NCBI GenBank assembly: GCA_041659065.1
Contig: JBAZYY010000001.1
Coordinates: forward strand, 163,124 to 227,123
Direction of reading: 5' to 3'
Length of the DNA stretch: 64,000 nt
Source: Parcubacteria group bacterium
Lineage (GTDB): Bacteria; Patescibacteriota; Minisyncoccia; Moranbacterales; UBA11712
Numbering within the stretch: the first letter of the stretch is position 1; each line of letters starts with the position of its first letter. The notes under the pieces are model-generated. The model was not told where the DNA came from and made no database searches. It saw only the letters and a program-made list of their open reading frames with translations. Position numbers and translations under genes: made by a program. This document shows positions 1 to 10,273 of the stretch, piece after piece.

Positions 1-578
1 TGCTTGAAATTTTTTAGTTCATTTTTTAGATATTTAATTATCTTTTGAAATTCCTCGACATTTTGCGTGGTTTGAGAGAGTAAGATATATCTTTTGCTTT
101 TATCGAGTTTAAATTTCTTTAATTCTGCGAGATTTCGGACAATTTTGGCCTTTTTGTCCGTCCAAGCAAAAATACTTTTCACTTCCTTATGCTCTTTGTC
201 GCCAAAAATTATCACATTATCCCCTTTTTCAATGTGATTTTTTGCGAGCCGCTGGACTTTTATCACTTTAGGACATGTTGCATCGATTACATTGAGGCCC
301 GCGCGCTTCGCCAATTCGTAAATTTCCGGTCCTTCCCCATGCGCGGTGAATATTATAGAGCCACTTTTAATTTGGTTTAATTTTTTTACTTCTTCAATCC
401 CTCGCTCCTTAAGTTTTTTTACAACCTCGTTGTTATGTACTAATCTTCCCAAGACGTAAGACTTCTTGCCGTTCTTAGAATTTGTGAGCGCCAAATCATA
501 AGCTCGTTTCACGCCAAAACAAAAACCGCTGTGCCGCGCAACGGTGATTTTTAGTTTAGATTTTTTGGGACTTATCAT
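1..578 (-). CDS. ispH: 4-hydroxy-3-methylbut-2-enyl diphosphate reductase (3' end runs off window)
   Basis: Manual translation from ATG at 578: MISPKKSKLKITVARHSGFCFGVKRA...LVHN...AHG...VIDATCPKV...IFGDKEHKEV, the IspH/LytB motifs. Absent from ORF track because it is truncated. Confidence 0.9.
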   Translation of the reverse strand, partial: MISPKKSKLKITVARHSGFCFGVKRAYDLALTNSKNGKKSYVLGRLVHNNEVVKKLKERGIEEVKKLNQIKSGSIIFTAHGEGPEIYELAKRAGLNVIDATCPKVIKVQRLAKNHIEKGDNVIIFGDKEHKEVKSIFAWTDKKAKIVRNLAELKKFKLDKSKRYILLSQTTQNVEEFQKIIKYLKNELKNFK

Positions 579-579
579 G

Positions 580-2934
580 CTATTTTAAATGTTTTGCTCT
601 TCCGACATTTTTCAAAAACTCGCCGTATTTTTTCAGATTGACTTTCGTTTTGAGCTTAATCGAATCAATCTCGGCGCCGAGCGAGAGTCCGTTTTTCGTT
701 TTGTGCTTCCTGATTTCATCCACGGCTTTGATCGCGCTCGCGAAATCCGAAATATCCGGAGATTTTTTCAGTTTGATTTCTTCCGGCCATTTTGAGATGT
801 GGATACTCTTTAATTTCTCGAAATGCTTAAAATAGGTCTGGAAAATCTCTTCCGTCACAAATGGCATGATGGGGGCATATAGTTTCACAATATTGAAGAA
901 CACTGTCGCAATTGTTTTTTCGCCCACTTTTTTCGATTTTACGTCCTCGCCAAAGAAACGATATTTCACGAACTCAACATAATAGTCTGCAAATTTAGAC
1001 CAGAAAAATCCGTCGATTTCTTCTTTAGCTTTGGCATAGGCATAATTTTCAAAAGCTTTGGTCGTTTTCGCGATAGTTTTATTGAGTTCATCAATGATCC
1101 ACGCGTCCGCTGGCTCAATCGTATCCGTGGATTTAAGTAATTCCGCCTTTTTCACATTCATTCCTATGAATCGGGCGGCGTTCCAGAGCTTAGTTGTGGT
1201 CCTCTGGCCCATTTTTATCTCTTCTTCGGAATAGTTAATATCCTGGCCTAAGCTGCTTCCCGCTGACCAAAAACGCAAAGCATCCGAACCGTATTTTTCC
1301 AATATTTCTTGCGGAACAACTGCGTTTCCAAGGCTTTTGGACATTTTTTTGCCTTGAGGATCAAGCACGTGACCTGAAATCATCACATTTTTCCATGGAA
1401 TCTTGTCGAAGTGATAATAGGAGCGCACGACCGTATAAAAAAGCCAAGTTGAAATTATATCATGGGCTTGCGGGCGAAGATTCATCGGAGTCATTCTTTG
1501 CGAAGTTTTCTCATCAAAAAACAGTCGCAGAGCTAGCTGCGGCGAAAGAGAACTTGTCGCCCAGGTATCCATTACATCTTTTTCTGGAGTGAATTTAGAG
1601 TTTCCGCACTTCGCGCATTTACCTTTTGGTTTGTCTGTGAGCGGATCAACTGGCAAATCTTTTTCTTCCGCCATCTTTACTTCTCCGCATTTTTCGCAAT
1701 ACCAGATCGGGAAAGGAACACCAAAAAATCTTTGGCGCGAGATTGCCCAGTCCCATCCCAAATTATTAATCCAATTTTCATAGCGCGCCCGCATAAAAGG
1801 CGGATGCCATTTTATTTTTTTTCCAAGGTCGATAAATTTCTTCTTTTTATCGAGAATTTTGATATACCATTGCAGAGAATTCAGGATTTCGACTTCATTT
1901 TTGCATCTTTCATGAATATTGACCGAGTGACTGATTTTTTTCTGGCCAATAAGTAGTTTCTTTTTTTCTAGATCATTAATAATATTTTGGCGCGCTTCCT
2001 TTATTGATAGCCCAGCGTATTTTTTCGCCTGCTTTGTCATTTTTCCGTATTTTTCAAGTGAAATCACGAGGGGCAGTTTGTATTCTTTGAACCATTCAAC
2101 GTCGGTCTTGTCGCCAAAAGTGCAGCACATCACCGCACCGGTCCCCTTTTCCGGATCGACTTTCTTGTCCGCAAGTATTTCAACTTTATTGCCAAATATC
2201 GGCACCTGCGCATATTTACCGATCAATTTTTTATATCGCTTGTCATTCGGATGGACAAAAACCGCCACACAGCTCGAAAGAAGTTCAGGACGGGTCGTGG
2301 CAATAATCAAATCTTTTTTATCTTCCAGCTTGAAAATAATGTCATTGAAAAGAGTCTCCACTTCTTTGTCTTCGAGCTCGGCTTGCGCGATAGCGGTTTG
2401 ACAATGCGGACACCAGACCACCGGCGCTTCCTGGCGATAGGCGTGGCCCTTTTCAAAAAGATCGATGAAATATTTTTGACTTATCTTTCGAGAATGATCA
2501 TCAATTGTAGAATAAGTTTTTGAGAAATCACAGGACATTCCAAGATTTTTCCAGTCTTTGCTAAATTCCGGAACTATTTCTTGGATAGTCTTGATGCAAA
2601 GCTTTATAAATTCATTCCGATCCATACGATTTGCTCTCACATTGGCTTTTTTTTCCACGAAACGCTCGGATGGAAGGCCGTTGTCATCCGTCCCAAAGGG
2701 ATAGAAGACATTAAATCCTCGCATCCTGAAAAAACGAGCTATGAAATCTTCGTGCGAATAAGAATAAGCATGACCAATATGCATGCGTCCACTAATATTC
2801 GGCGGCGGGGTGTCCACGGAAAAAACATTCCCTTTGGCTTTAGGGTTAAATTTATATATTTTCTCTTTTTCCCAAAATTCCCGCCATTTCGGCTCAACTT
2901 CTTGGGGATTGTAACGCTTTGAAATTTCTTTCAT
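580..2934 (-). CDS. valS: Valine--tRNA ligase (short form without C-terminal coiled coil)
   Basis: DTPPPNISGRMHIGH, DWAISRQR, DVMDTWATS and KMSKS motifs. Confidence 0.95.
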   Translation of the reverse strand: MKEISKRYNPQEVEPKWREFWEKEKIYKFNPKAKGNVFSVDTPPPNISGRMHIGHAYSYSHEDFIARFFRMRGFNVFYPFGTDDNGLPSERFVEKKANVRANRMDRNEFIKLCIKTIQEIVPEFSKDWKNLGMSCDFSKTYSTIDDHSRKISQKYFIDLFEKGHAYRQEAPVVWCPHCQTAIAQAELEDKEVETLFNDIIFKLEDKKDLIIATTRPELLSSCVAVFVHPNDKRYKKLIGKYAQVPIFGNKVEILADKKVDPEKGTGAVMCCTFGDKTDVEWFKEYKLPLVISLEKYGKMTKQAKKYAGLSIKEARQNIINDLEKKKLLIGQKKISHSVNIHERCKNEVEILNSLQWYIKILDKKKKFIDLGKKIKWHPPFMRARYENWINNLGWDWAISRQRFFGVPFPIWYCEKCGEVKMAEEKDLPVDPLTDKPKGKCAKCGNSKFTPEKDVMDTWATSSLSPQLALRLFFDEKTSQRMTPMNLRPQAHDIISTWLFYTVVRSYYHFDKIPWKNVMISGHVLDPQGKKMSKSLGNAVVPQEILEKYGSDALRFWSAGSSLGQDINYSEEEIKMGQRTTTKLWNAARFIGMNVKKAELLKSTDTIEPADAWIIDELNKTIAKTTKAFENYAYAKAKEEIDGFFWSKFADYYVEFVKYRFFGEDVKSKKVGEKTIATVFFNIVKLYAPIMPFVTEEIFQTYFKHFEKLKSIHISKWPEEIKLKKSPDISDFASAIKAVDEIRKHKTKNGLSLGAEIDSIKLKTKVNLKKYGEFLKNVGRAKHLK

Positions 2935-2988
2935 AAGTATATTGAAGCGTTTTGAAAATCATTCAGTATTCTAGAATACTGAATGATT

Positions 2989-4986
2989 TTATTTTCTCAC
3001 CTTCACCCCTAACTTCTTCTCAAGCGCATGGATAATTTTATTCACTACGGTATCAATTTCGCTTGAGGTCAGCGTTTTACCATTAGATCCTATTTCTATA
3101 CGAATAGCCAAACTATCTTTATATTTATCAAACAGAGTTATATTTTTTATGAGTTCTCCGCCAGTTTTTTTAATTTCTTTTGTGATATCCGCGTATTTAG
3201 TATTTTCATCCACAAACATTGAGATGTCCCGATTCACGGTTGGAAATTTGCTGATTGGATGGTAACTTTTTTCAAAAGCATCGCTTGTTTTCATAACTTC
3301 TACGACATCTAGCTCGAAACATACAAGCCGATCTTTTAAGTCATACTTTCGAAGTATATTAGGATTTAATTCAGCTATATAGCCAACTACTGTATTTTTT
3401 AATTTTATAACTGCTGTCCGCGTTGGATGAACAAAATTTCCCGCAACTTTCGGCTGTGCGAATTCAACGTCTGGCAAATTGAGGCATCGAAAAAGTTCTT
3501 CAAGTTTTCCCTTGAGATCGTAATATGGATTATTTTTTTGATTGCGATTCATCAAAGCGCCAGCCAATTTCGTTTTTTCCCCTTTTTTAGCGGAAAAAAT
3601 GTCGCCTATTTCAAATATGGAAAAATCATTGAAATATTTCAAGTTAAGCGTCGCATTCCGGACAATTCCCGGAATGAGCGTGGTTCTCAAATATTGCTGG
3701 TCCAGACTCAAAGGATTTGATACTTCAATATGATCCGACTCATCTAAATTAAAGCTGGCTACTTCATCTTTTCCGTAAAAAGAATAATTCATCACCTCTG
3801 AAAATCCAAGTCCCGTTAAAATATTCTTAAGCTTATTTTCAAAAATCCTTTTTTCGTTTCGTGGCGGAGTTTTGAGTTCAACGCAAAGTGCTTGCTCCTT
3901 AATATTTTCATATCCATAAATACGGCCGATTTCCTCGATGAGATCTTCCTGAGTCTTAAGATCGATTCGGCGGGTTGGAGTTTCGCAGTTCAGAAATTTT
4001 CCAGATACTTTTACGATTAAACCCAGATTTTCCAAAATACTTTTCATTTTTGAAACCGGAATATTTTCGCCAAGCAGATTATTTACGTAATTTGTGTTCA
4101 AATTTATTTTCCACGGGCGTATTATTTTCGCATAAACATCAGTTAATGCGATCACCTCGACATTTTTGCCACCTAATTTCTTTATCAATTCAATCGCGCG
4201 CACAACTCCGATTTCTGCCAGATTCGGGTCAATTTCGCGTTCAAAGCGGTGCGAAGATTCAGTGTTGATGTTGTGGCGCATTCTTGTTTTTCGGATACTC
4301 GGAGCGTCGAAATTGGCCGATTCAAGGATTATCGAAGCAGTCTTATTATTAATGGCCGAGCCAATGCCGCCCATCACGCCAGCCAGTGCTAGGGCTTTTT
4401 CCGAGTCAGCAATTACTAAATCATTTGCAGTGAGTTTATAAACTTTTTCATCTAATAACTTTATTTCTTCATTCTTTTTGGCTTTCCTGACTATGATATT
4501 TCCCGCAGTTCTTTCTAAATCGAAAGCGTGTAGTGGTTGCCCGGTTTCCAGCATCACATAATTTGTAATATCAACAATGTTATTAATTGGCTTAACTCCA
4601 CTAGCCAGCAGCCGCTGCTGCATCCATTTTGGCGAAGCACCGACTTTTATATTTTCCAAAGCCGTTCCAATATATCGCGGGCAAAGATGCCTTTCGTTTA
4701 CTTTAATATTTAACTTCTGACTAAAGCTTAGCTTTAGTCGCTGGCTATAATCTAGTTCTGGAGATAACTTCCGACCTTCAATCGCGCAGATTTCCCTTGC
4801 CATCCCGATATGCGAAAGGGCATCGTGTCCTCGATTTGGCAATATCGCAAATTCAAGTTGAGTTTCGGTCCCTTCTTTTTTACTATCTTCAAACTCAAAA
4901 GCACGCATGCTAATTAGCTGCGCCAGCTGTTCTGGCGTTTTTTTTGTTTTAGATAGCTCTTTTAACCAATTGTAGCTATATTTCAT
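2989..4986 (-). CDS. pheT: Phenylalanine--tRNA ligase beta subunit
   Basis: MKYSYNWL, PNRG, NNIVDITNYVMLETGQPLHAFD, EDLIEEIGRIYGY, FPTVNRDIS; adjacent to pheS. Confidence 0.95.
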   Translation of the reverse strand: MKYSYNWLKELSKTKKTPEQLAQLISMRAFEFEDSKKEGTETQLEFAILPNRGHDALSHIGMAREICAIEGRKLSPELDYSQRLKLSFSQKLNIKVNERHLCPRYIGTALENIKVGASPKWMQQRLLASGVKPINNIVDITNYVMLETGQPLHAFDLERTAGNIIVRKAKKNEEIKLLDEKVYKLTANDLVIADSEKALALAGVMGGIGSAINNKTASIILESANFDAPSIRKTRMRHNINTESSHRFEREIDPNLAEIGVVRAIELIKKLGGKNVEVIALTDVYAKIIRPWKINLNTNYVNNLLGENIPVSKMKSILENLGLIVKVSGKFLNCETPTRRIDLKTQEDLIEEIGRIYGYENIKEQALCVELKTPPRNEKRIFENKLKNILTGLGFSEVMNYSFYGKDEVASFNLDESDHIEVSNPLSLDQQYLRTTLIPGIVRNATLNLKYFNDFSIFEIGDIFSAKKGEKTKLAGALMNRNQKNNPYYDLKGKLEELFRCLNLPDVEFAQPKVAGNFVHPTRTAVIKLKNTVVGYIAELNPNILRKYDLKDRLVCFELDVVEVMKTSDAFEKSYHPISKFPTVNRDISMFVDENTKYADITKEIKKTGGELIKNITLFDKYKDSLAIRIEIGSNGKTLTSSEIDTVVNKIIHALEKKLGVKVRK

Positions 4987-5085
4987 ATTGTTTTACGAAA
5001 TACGAATTTAACGAAACTACGAAACAGTATTCACATAACCAGAAAATTTTCGCATTTCGCTTGATTCGTAATTCGTAAAGATTAT

Positions 5086-6225
5086 CTAGAATTGCTTTAT
5101 AAACCTCAAATCTCCGCTCTCAAACCAACGAATGTCATCTATTTTATATTTCATCATCGCAAGCCTCTCGATCCCAAATCCCCAAGCAAATCCTTGAAAT
5201 TTATTTCTCGGGTACCCAGCGGACATAAAAACATTTTGATTGACCATTCCTGCCCCGCCTATCTCAAGCCATTTCCCATATCTGCACGAGGGACAGCCTT
5301 TTCCGGAACAAACCGTGCAGCTGATGTCGAATTCAAAGCTCGGCTCAGTAAAAGGAAAAAAGCTGGGTCTCAACCTGATATCAACGTCTTTTCCAAAAAA
5401 AGCGCTAAAAAACTCTTTGGCTATATGCTTGAAGTGGCCGATGTTGATATCTTTTCCCGTCACAAGAGCTTCAAATTGATGCAGTGTGTGCTCATGCGTC
5501 GCGTCCGTGGCTTCGTTTCGAAAGACTCTTCCCGGTACGATTACTCGAAAAGGCGGCTTATGCTTTTCCATATATCTCACCTGAACTGGCGATGTGTGAG
5601 TTCTGAGTACTAATTTCTCCTTATCCGACTTTACCCCTGCGCCAATCCCGCCGCCGTTTCTCCTCAAATTATTTTCAGATAGCGAAGCGGCTTCGCCTTC
5701 AGAGGGTATCTTCATTTGCATTTTATGGTTTGGATTGGTGATGGGGTGAATCCAAAAAGTATCTTGCATATCCCGCGCCGGGTGATCAGGCGGAAAGTTC
5801 AAAGCGGTAAAATTATACCAGTCAGTTTCCAGTTCCGGACCGCTTGTAATCTCAAAACCCATTGAAGAAAATATTTGCTCAATTTCCCTGTACACTATCG
5901 TGATAGAATTGAGACTTCCCAGCTCATTTTTTTCACCCGGGAGTGTGACATCAATTTTTTCTTTTTCCCAATCAATCTGGTTTTCAAGTTCTTTTTTGCG
6001 CTTATCAAGCCCATTGTCGATTAGTTGTCTCGCGCCATTTGCGAGCGGTCCTATTGATTTTCGCTCTTCGGAGTCAAGATCTCTTAATTTCTTCAGTATT
6101 TCCGTAAGCCTCCCTTTTCTTCCAAGATATTTGACTTTGACATCATAAAGCTGTTTCGCATCCTGTGATTCGGCGATTTCTTTCGCGCTTTCCGCTTCAA
6201 TTTGCTTAATATCAGCTTTATTCAT
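5086..6225 (-). CDS. pheS: Phenylalanine--tRNA ligase alpha subunit (with about 40-aa insertion)
   Basis: HPARDMQDTF, LRTHTSPVQ, FFPFTEPS, GFAWGFGIERLAM. Confidence 0.95.
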   Translation of the reverse strand: MNKADIKQIEAESAKEIAESQDAKQLYDVKVKYLGRKGRLTEILKKLRDLDSEERKSIGPLANGARQLIDNGLDKRKKELENQIDWEKEKIDVTLPGEKNELGSLNSITIVYREIEQIFSSMGFEITSGPELETDWYNFTALNFPPDHPARDMQDTFWIHPITNPNHKMQMKIPSEGEAASLSENNLRRNGGGIGAGVKSDKEKLVLRTHTSPVQVRYMEKHKPPFRVIVPGRVFRNEATDATHEHTLHQFEALVTGKDINIGHFKHIAKEFFSAFFGKDVDIRLRPSFFPFTEPSFEFDISCTVCSGKGCPSCRYGKWLEIGGAGMVNQNVFMSAGYPRNKFQGFAWGFGIERLAMMKYKIDDIRWFESGDLRFIKQF

Positions 6226-6279
6226 ACCTTAAATTTATCTCAAAAAGGATAAAAAGTCCAATCGGCAGCCTGTCTGCCA

Positions 6280-7386
6280 TTAACGGATAAACGACGCCTT
6301 TCTTGACGTTTCCAGACATTTTTCGAGTTCTTTTTTGTTTAATATTTTACGCTCGTACAGGGCCCGGTACTCCCGAGCAAGTCCGGTGCGGCCGAGATAT
6401 GGCGCGTCAGTGTTGATCGTAAATTTTACTTCGTTTTTCAGAAAGGTCCGCAGGATCCAGTGCATTTCTTCCCAGCTTGCTACCGAACCGGTCATGACAT
6501 TGATAGTTGGACAAATTTCAAGCACGACATCATGTTTTTTTAACAGGTCCATTGCGTTTTTATCATAGGCCGTTCTTATGCCGTGACCAATCCTATCCGG
6601 TTTTATGGCTTCGACAACGCGCATTACTCTTTCTACGCTTGAGTCCTTGGTCTCGCCGGTATGGACCGTAATTCCCAATCCCTTTTCGCGAGCCAAAGAA
6701 AATAGCGCGACATATTTATTAAAATATGTCCCTTCCTCAAAATTCAAGTGGCTCGGATCAGCTATCTTGACTCCGACGTTTTTTCTGAAGTGCTGGCGAT
6801 AAGTCGCGTAATCCTTCTCTTTTCTAAAGGTAAATGCCTCCGGACCCGCGATATCTACGCCCACTACGCCTCTTTTTCTGTACGCAATGGCTTTTTTGAC
6901 AATGACTTCGTTATGCTTGAAAGACAAACGGCGATCAAGGCAAAAAATCAGGCCGGCCCTCACGCCATAATCAAACATTGCGCGCTCCATTCCATGGATA
7001 GCTGAATTAATAATGTGATCCATGTCGAGCTCTGACCCGCGGGTACGAAACATGGGGTTGAAACGGAGCTCGATTGTCGAAACATTAGCGGACCTATATT
7101 CTTTTGAAATCACGTTATATATCCCGCTTTCGATAGCCTTGGGGCTGCTTTGAATCCGGTCAGTCCATTCATAAACATTCAGGAGATCCTCAAAACTATC
7201 GATATCCCGGAGAAAGTTGCAGAAACTCCAGTAATCTCGCGCCGGAGGCTTAATGCCTTGTGATTGGGCAATTTCCCAAAGGATATGCGGACTCATTGCG
7301 CCGCCAACATGAATATGAAGATCGACTAGGTCTTCGCGGAGAATATTTTTGGAATATTTATCGAGTTGTCCTTTTGCGGGAGTCAT
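6280..7386 (-). CDS. Adenosine/AMP deaminase family protein
   Basis: DLHIH, GVDIAGPE, TVHTGE, RIGHG, LEICPT, INTD motifs. Confidence 0.85.
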   Translation of the reverse strand: MTPAKGQLDKYSKNILREDLVDLHIHVGGAMSPHILWEIAQSQGIKPPARDYWSFCNFLRDIDSFEDLLNVYEWTDRIQSSPKAIESGIYNVISKEYRSANVSTIELRFNPMFRTRGSELDMDHIINSAIHGMERAMFDYGVRAGLIFCLDRRLSFKHNEVIVKKAIAYRKRGVVGVDIAGPEAFTFRKEKDYATYRQHFRKNVGVKIADPSHLNFEEGTYFNKYVALFSLAREKGLGITVHTGETKDSSVERVMRVVEAIKPDRIGHGIRTAYDKNAMDLLKKHDVVLEICPTINVMTGSVASWEEMHWILRTFLKNEVKFTINTDAPYLGRTGLAREYRALYERKILNKKELEKCLETSRKASFIR

Positions 7387-7446
7387 AAAAAAAAGTATAA
7401 ATTAAAACACCCTGACGAAGGGAATTAATGGAAACAAGAATATATA

Positions 7447-9918
7447 CTAATCTAATACATCTCGGATGTTAAGCGCAAGCCGGCTGCCTTTTTGGATTTC
7501 ACCGCTGATTATTTTTTTCACTATCCTATCTCCGATCCGGTCTTGAATAAACCGGTCAATTGATCTCGCGCCGAATTTTTTATCATAGCCTTTTTCCACG
7601 ATAAATTTAGGGAATTCCGGATTGAAAATGACGTCGATATTCTCAACATTTTTCAGATTTTCAGCATATTTAATCAGCAGATGCTTCGCAACTTCAATAA
7701 TCTCAGCCTGCGTGAGCGGCGAAAAAAATATTACTCCTTCAAAGCGATTCAGAAATTCCGGCTTGAATATCCCTTTTTCTATGACATAATTTATAACTTC
7801 TTCCCTGACTTTGTCCGGTTCGGTATCTTTTTCAATCGCAGCCTTAATAATATCCGAAGCCGCGTTAGAGGTGGCTATTATTATTTCATTTTTAAAACTG
7901 ATTTTTTTCCCGAAAGCATCGGTCAACCATCCTTCGTCAAGAACCTGTAAAAATAAACTGAGAATATCCGGGTGAGCCTTTTCAACCTCATCGAGGAGAA
8001 GAAGAGAATAGGGATTTTCCTTCACTTTGTTGGTTAGTTGGCCCGAAAATCCCGATTCCGGAGATCCCAAGAGGCGGTTGATCGATTCTTGCCTTTGAAA
8101 TTCACTCATATCTAGCCGGATCATCCTTTTTTCATCGCCAAAATATGCCTCCGCGAGAGCTTTGGCGGATTCGGTTTTTCCCACCCCGGTAGGACCCAGA
8201 AAGAGAAAGCTTCCCAGTGGTTTATTGGCGTTTGCCATGCCGGTCCGCGCCCTCCGGATAGTTTCCGCAATTTGCTTGATCGCGAATTCTTGGCCGATAA
8301 CTCTTTGGTGAAGAACTTTTTCCATGTCAATCAGTCTGTCTTTTTCACCTTCGGTTATCTCGCCAACTGGGATTTTATATTTTTTCGAAACAACTTCATC
8401 CACCGTTTCCGGAAGAATGTACTTTTCATTTGAAATATGGCTCCAATAAAGAAGGACTTCCTCCAAAAGGTCAAGCGCTTTTTCAGGAAAAGGCGAATCG
8501 CTGATATATTTTTCACAGGATCTCACAATTTCTCTGAGAGCTTGATAGGTGAATATTACTCCGTCTTTTTCGAGCTCTTCTAGCTTTCTAAAGAGCACGT
8601 CTAGAGTTTCTTTCGCGCTCATTTCTTCAATCTGTACTTTTTCGAAATATTTAAGCACCTGCTCATGGCTTTCAATGTCCCCGTGGTAATTTTCCGGCGT
8701 AGAAAGTCCTATAATTTGAAAGTTAGGGTAAGCTAGAAATTCAGACAGCACTGCGGATATATTTTCTCCGGCATTTTTGGGATCTTTCTTGAGATAGCGA
8801 TCTATATTTTCAATAACCAGGATAATATTTCCGGCATAAGTCGCTTCAAAAAAAACTTTTCTGAGGATTTGTTCGATTTCCTGTTGGTGCGTGACGCCGG
8901 ATACAACCTCCCCGATATTAAGCACCAGCACTCTCTTTGTGCCGACCGCTGAATATATGCGATGTTCCCTGATCCTTTTGGCCAGATGATGAGCTAGCGA
9001 CATTTTTCCCGTCCCGGCTTCTCCAATCAACAAAATACTGTTCTGTGACGGCCTTGTCAGGATTAATTCCAGCATCTCAATATCCTGATACCTGCCTTTC
9101 TCATCATCATCCTTATAATCAGTAAAGTCTCCTTTGGACAAATCAGAAGAATACTTATCCAAATTTACTGTGTATGCGAATGTCCAGTCTGCCCCGATTG
9201 GGCGTTTGGCAAATAAATTTTCCCTTGACCAAAATCTTTTTTTAAGCAGCCTTTTGTTTTCCCGCTCCGACTCCCACGCTATTATTTTTTGAAATTCTTC
9301 AGCAGTAACTTCGTAACGTTTAAGATTATCGGACGTTGGGCCGGTCTTTTCAATAAAAAGAATGCCGGGATCGTCTTTTTCAACTCCAATCCTGTTCCAG
9401 ACTCTCTTGAACCATTCCTTTTTTAGATACTGCTTGAAGCTATCCGCGCCTTCGTCTTCCTTTGAATGGAAAAAAGCTTTTATGGAGATAATAAAAAGAA
9501 TGGCCGAAACTGCCAAAAAAACTCCGGCCGTAGCCGACAAGTACAGCGTCTTTGAGTAATAGGCCACGGCCAAAACAATACTTACAATCAAGACAAATGG
9601 GAGCAGCAACCATATAACAAGAATAATTACTCCAAAAACTAAAACTAGAAGCACTGCAATCAATCCAAAAATTGCCGTGAAAAGCCTCACAATTGCTCCC
9701 AGAAAACGCGTAATGAGATTTTCAAAAGCCGATTGGAGAAAAAGTATCGGATGTAATCCCCGCTCACCCACTCTCGAAATATCCCTTTTCCATGGCGAAA
9801 AAAGAGTCAGAAGCATTCTTGAAACGCCAAAATACCACCAAAAAAATGCCAGATAGTTCCTCCAGATTTCAAAAAATTTTTTCGTACCCTTCGAATAGTG
9901 CCAAAAAAAGAAATTCAT
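7447..9918 (-). CDS. ClpA/B/C-like AAA+ ATPase with N-terminal transmembrane region
   Basis: Two Walker A motifs (GEAGTGK, GPTGVGKT), RLDMSEF, LLLDEVEKAHP, PEFLNR, FGARS; hydrophobic N-terminal helices. Confidence 0.85.
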   Translation of the reverse strand: MNFFFWHYSKGTKKFFEIWRNYLAFFWWYFGVSRMLLTLFSPWKRDISRVGERGLHPILFLQSAFENLITRFLGAIVRLFTAIFGLIAVLLVLVFGVIILVIWLLLPFVLIVSIVLAVAYYSKTLYLSATAGVFLAVSAILFIISIKAFFHSKEDEGADSFKQYLKKEWFKRVWNRIGVEKDDPGILFIEKTGPTSDNLKRYEVTAEEFQKIIAWESERENKRLLKKRFWSRENLFAKRPIGADWTFAYTVNLDKYSSDLSKGDFTDYKDDDEKGRYQDIEMLELILTRPSQNSILLIGEAGTGKMSLAHHLAKRIREHRIYSAVGTKRVLVLNIGEVVSGVTHQQEIEQILRKVFFEATYAGNIILVIENIDRYLKKDPKNAGENISAVLSEFLAYPNFQIIGLSTPENYHGDIESHEQVLKYFEKVQIEEMSAKETLDVLFRKLEELEKDGVIFTYQALREIVRSCEKYISDSPFPEKALDLLEEVLLYWSHISNEKYILPETVDEVVSKKYKIPVGEITEGEKDRLIDMEKVLHQRVIGQEFAIKQIAETIRRARTGMANANKPLGSFLFLGPTGVGKTESAKALAEAYFGDEKRMIRLDMSEFQRQESINRLLGSPESGFSGQLTNKVKENPYSLLLLDEVEKAHPDILSLFLQVLDEGWLTDAFGKKISFKNEIIIATSNAASDIIKAAIEKDTEPDKVREEVINYVIEKGIFKPEFLNRFEGVIFFSPLTQAEIIEVAKHLLIKYAENLKNVENIDVIFNPEFPKFIVEKGYDKKFGARSIDRFIQDRIGDRIVKKIISGEIQKGSRLALNIRDVLD

Positions 9919-9995
9919 TTTGTTTTTGCGTTCGTGCTTTTATATTAGCATAATCCAGCTAAACATAAAAACCGCATCTTAGGAAGCTGTTTTAT
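9899..9995. repeat. Left copy of imperfect ~95-bp direct repeat (start and upstream region of Clp-like gene)
   Basis: tgccaaaaaaagaaattcattttgttttt...ttagcataa...aaacataaaaac is homologous to 18974-19078. Confidence 0.75.
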
Positions 9996-10036
9996 TTTGA
10001 AAATTTTCTATTTCCCAACATCCGATGCTGAGAAGC

Positions 10037-10123
10037 GGCTAATTTTTACTTATAAATGGCTTCCAACTTTTTCGTCTGCTCCGAAAGCGCATCAAGTTTA
10101 GCGAATATTGATTTTTGCTTTGA
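10037..10123 (-). pseudogene. Remnant resembling the C-terminal helix of a type I R-M specificity subunit (HsdS)
   Basis: Minus frame reads KQKSIFAKLDALSEQTKKLEAIYK*KLA, similar to the HsdS EQxxIVxKLDxLxxxxxxLE helix; internal stop, no start. Confidence 0.5.
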
Positions 10124-10273
10124 TACGGGTTTTCCTAGTATTGAATATTGGGAGGGGTTAATTACCCTGATTCCTAAAGTTCGAAATTAGGATTGGTTTT
10201 CCTAACATTAAATGTTAGAAACGGTTAGAGGGGCCAGAGGTGAATGCCCAAAAATCAAAACTCCTTTTATGGT

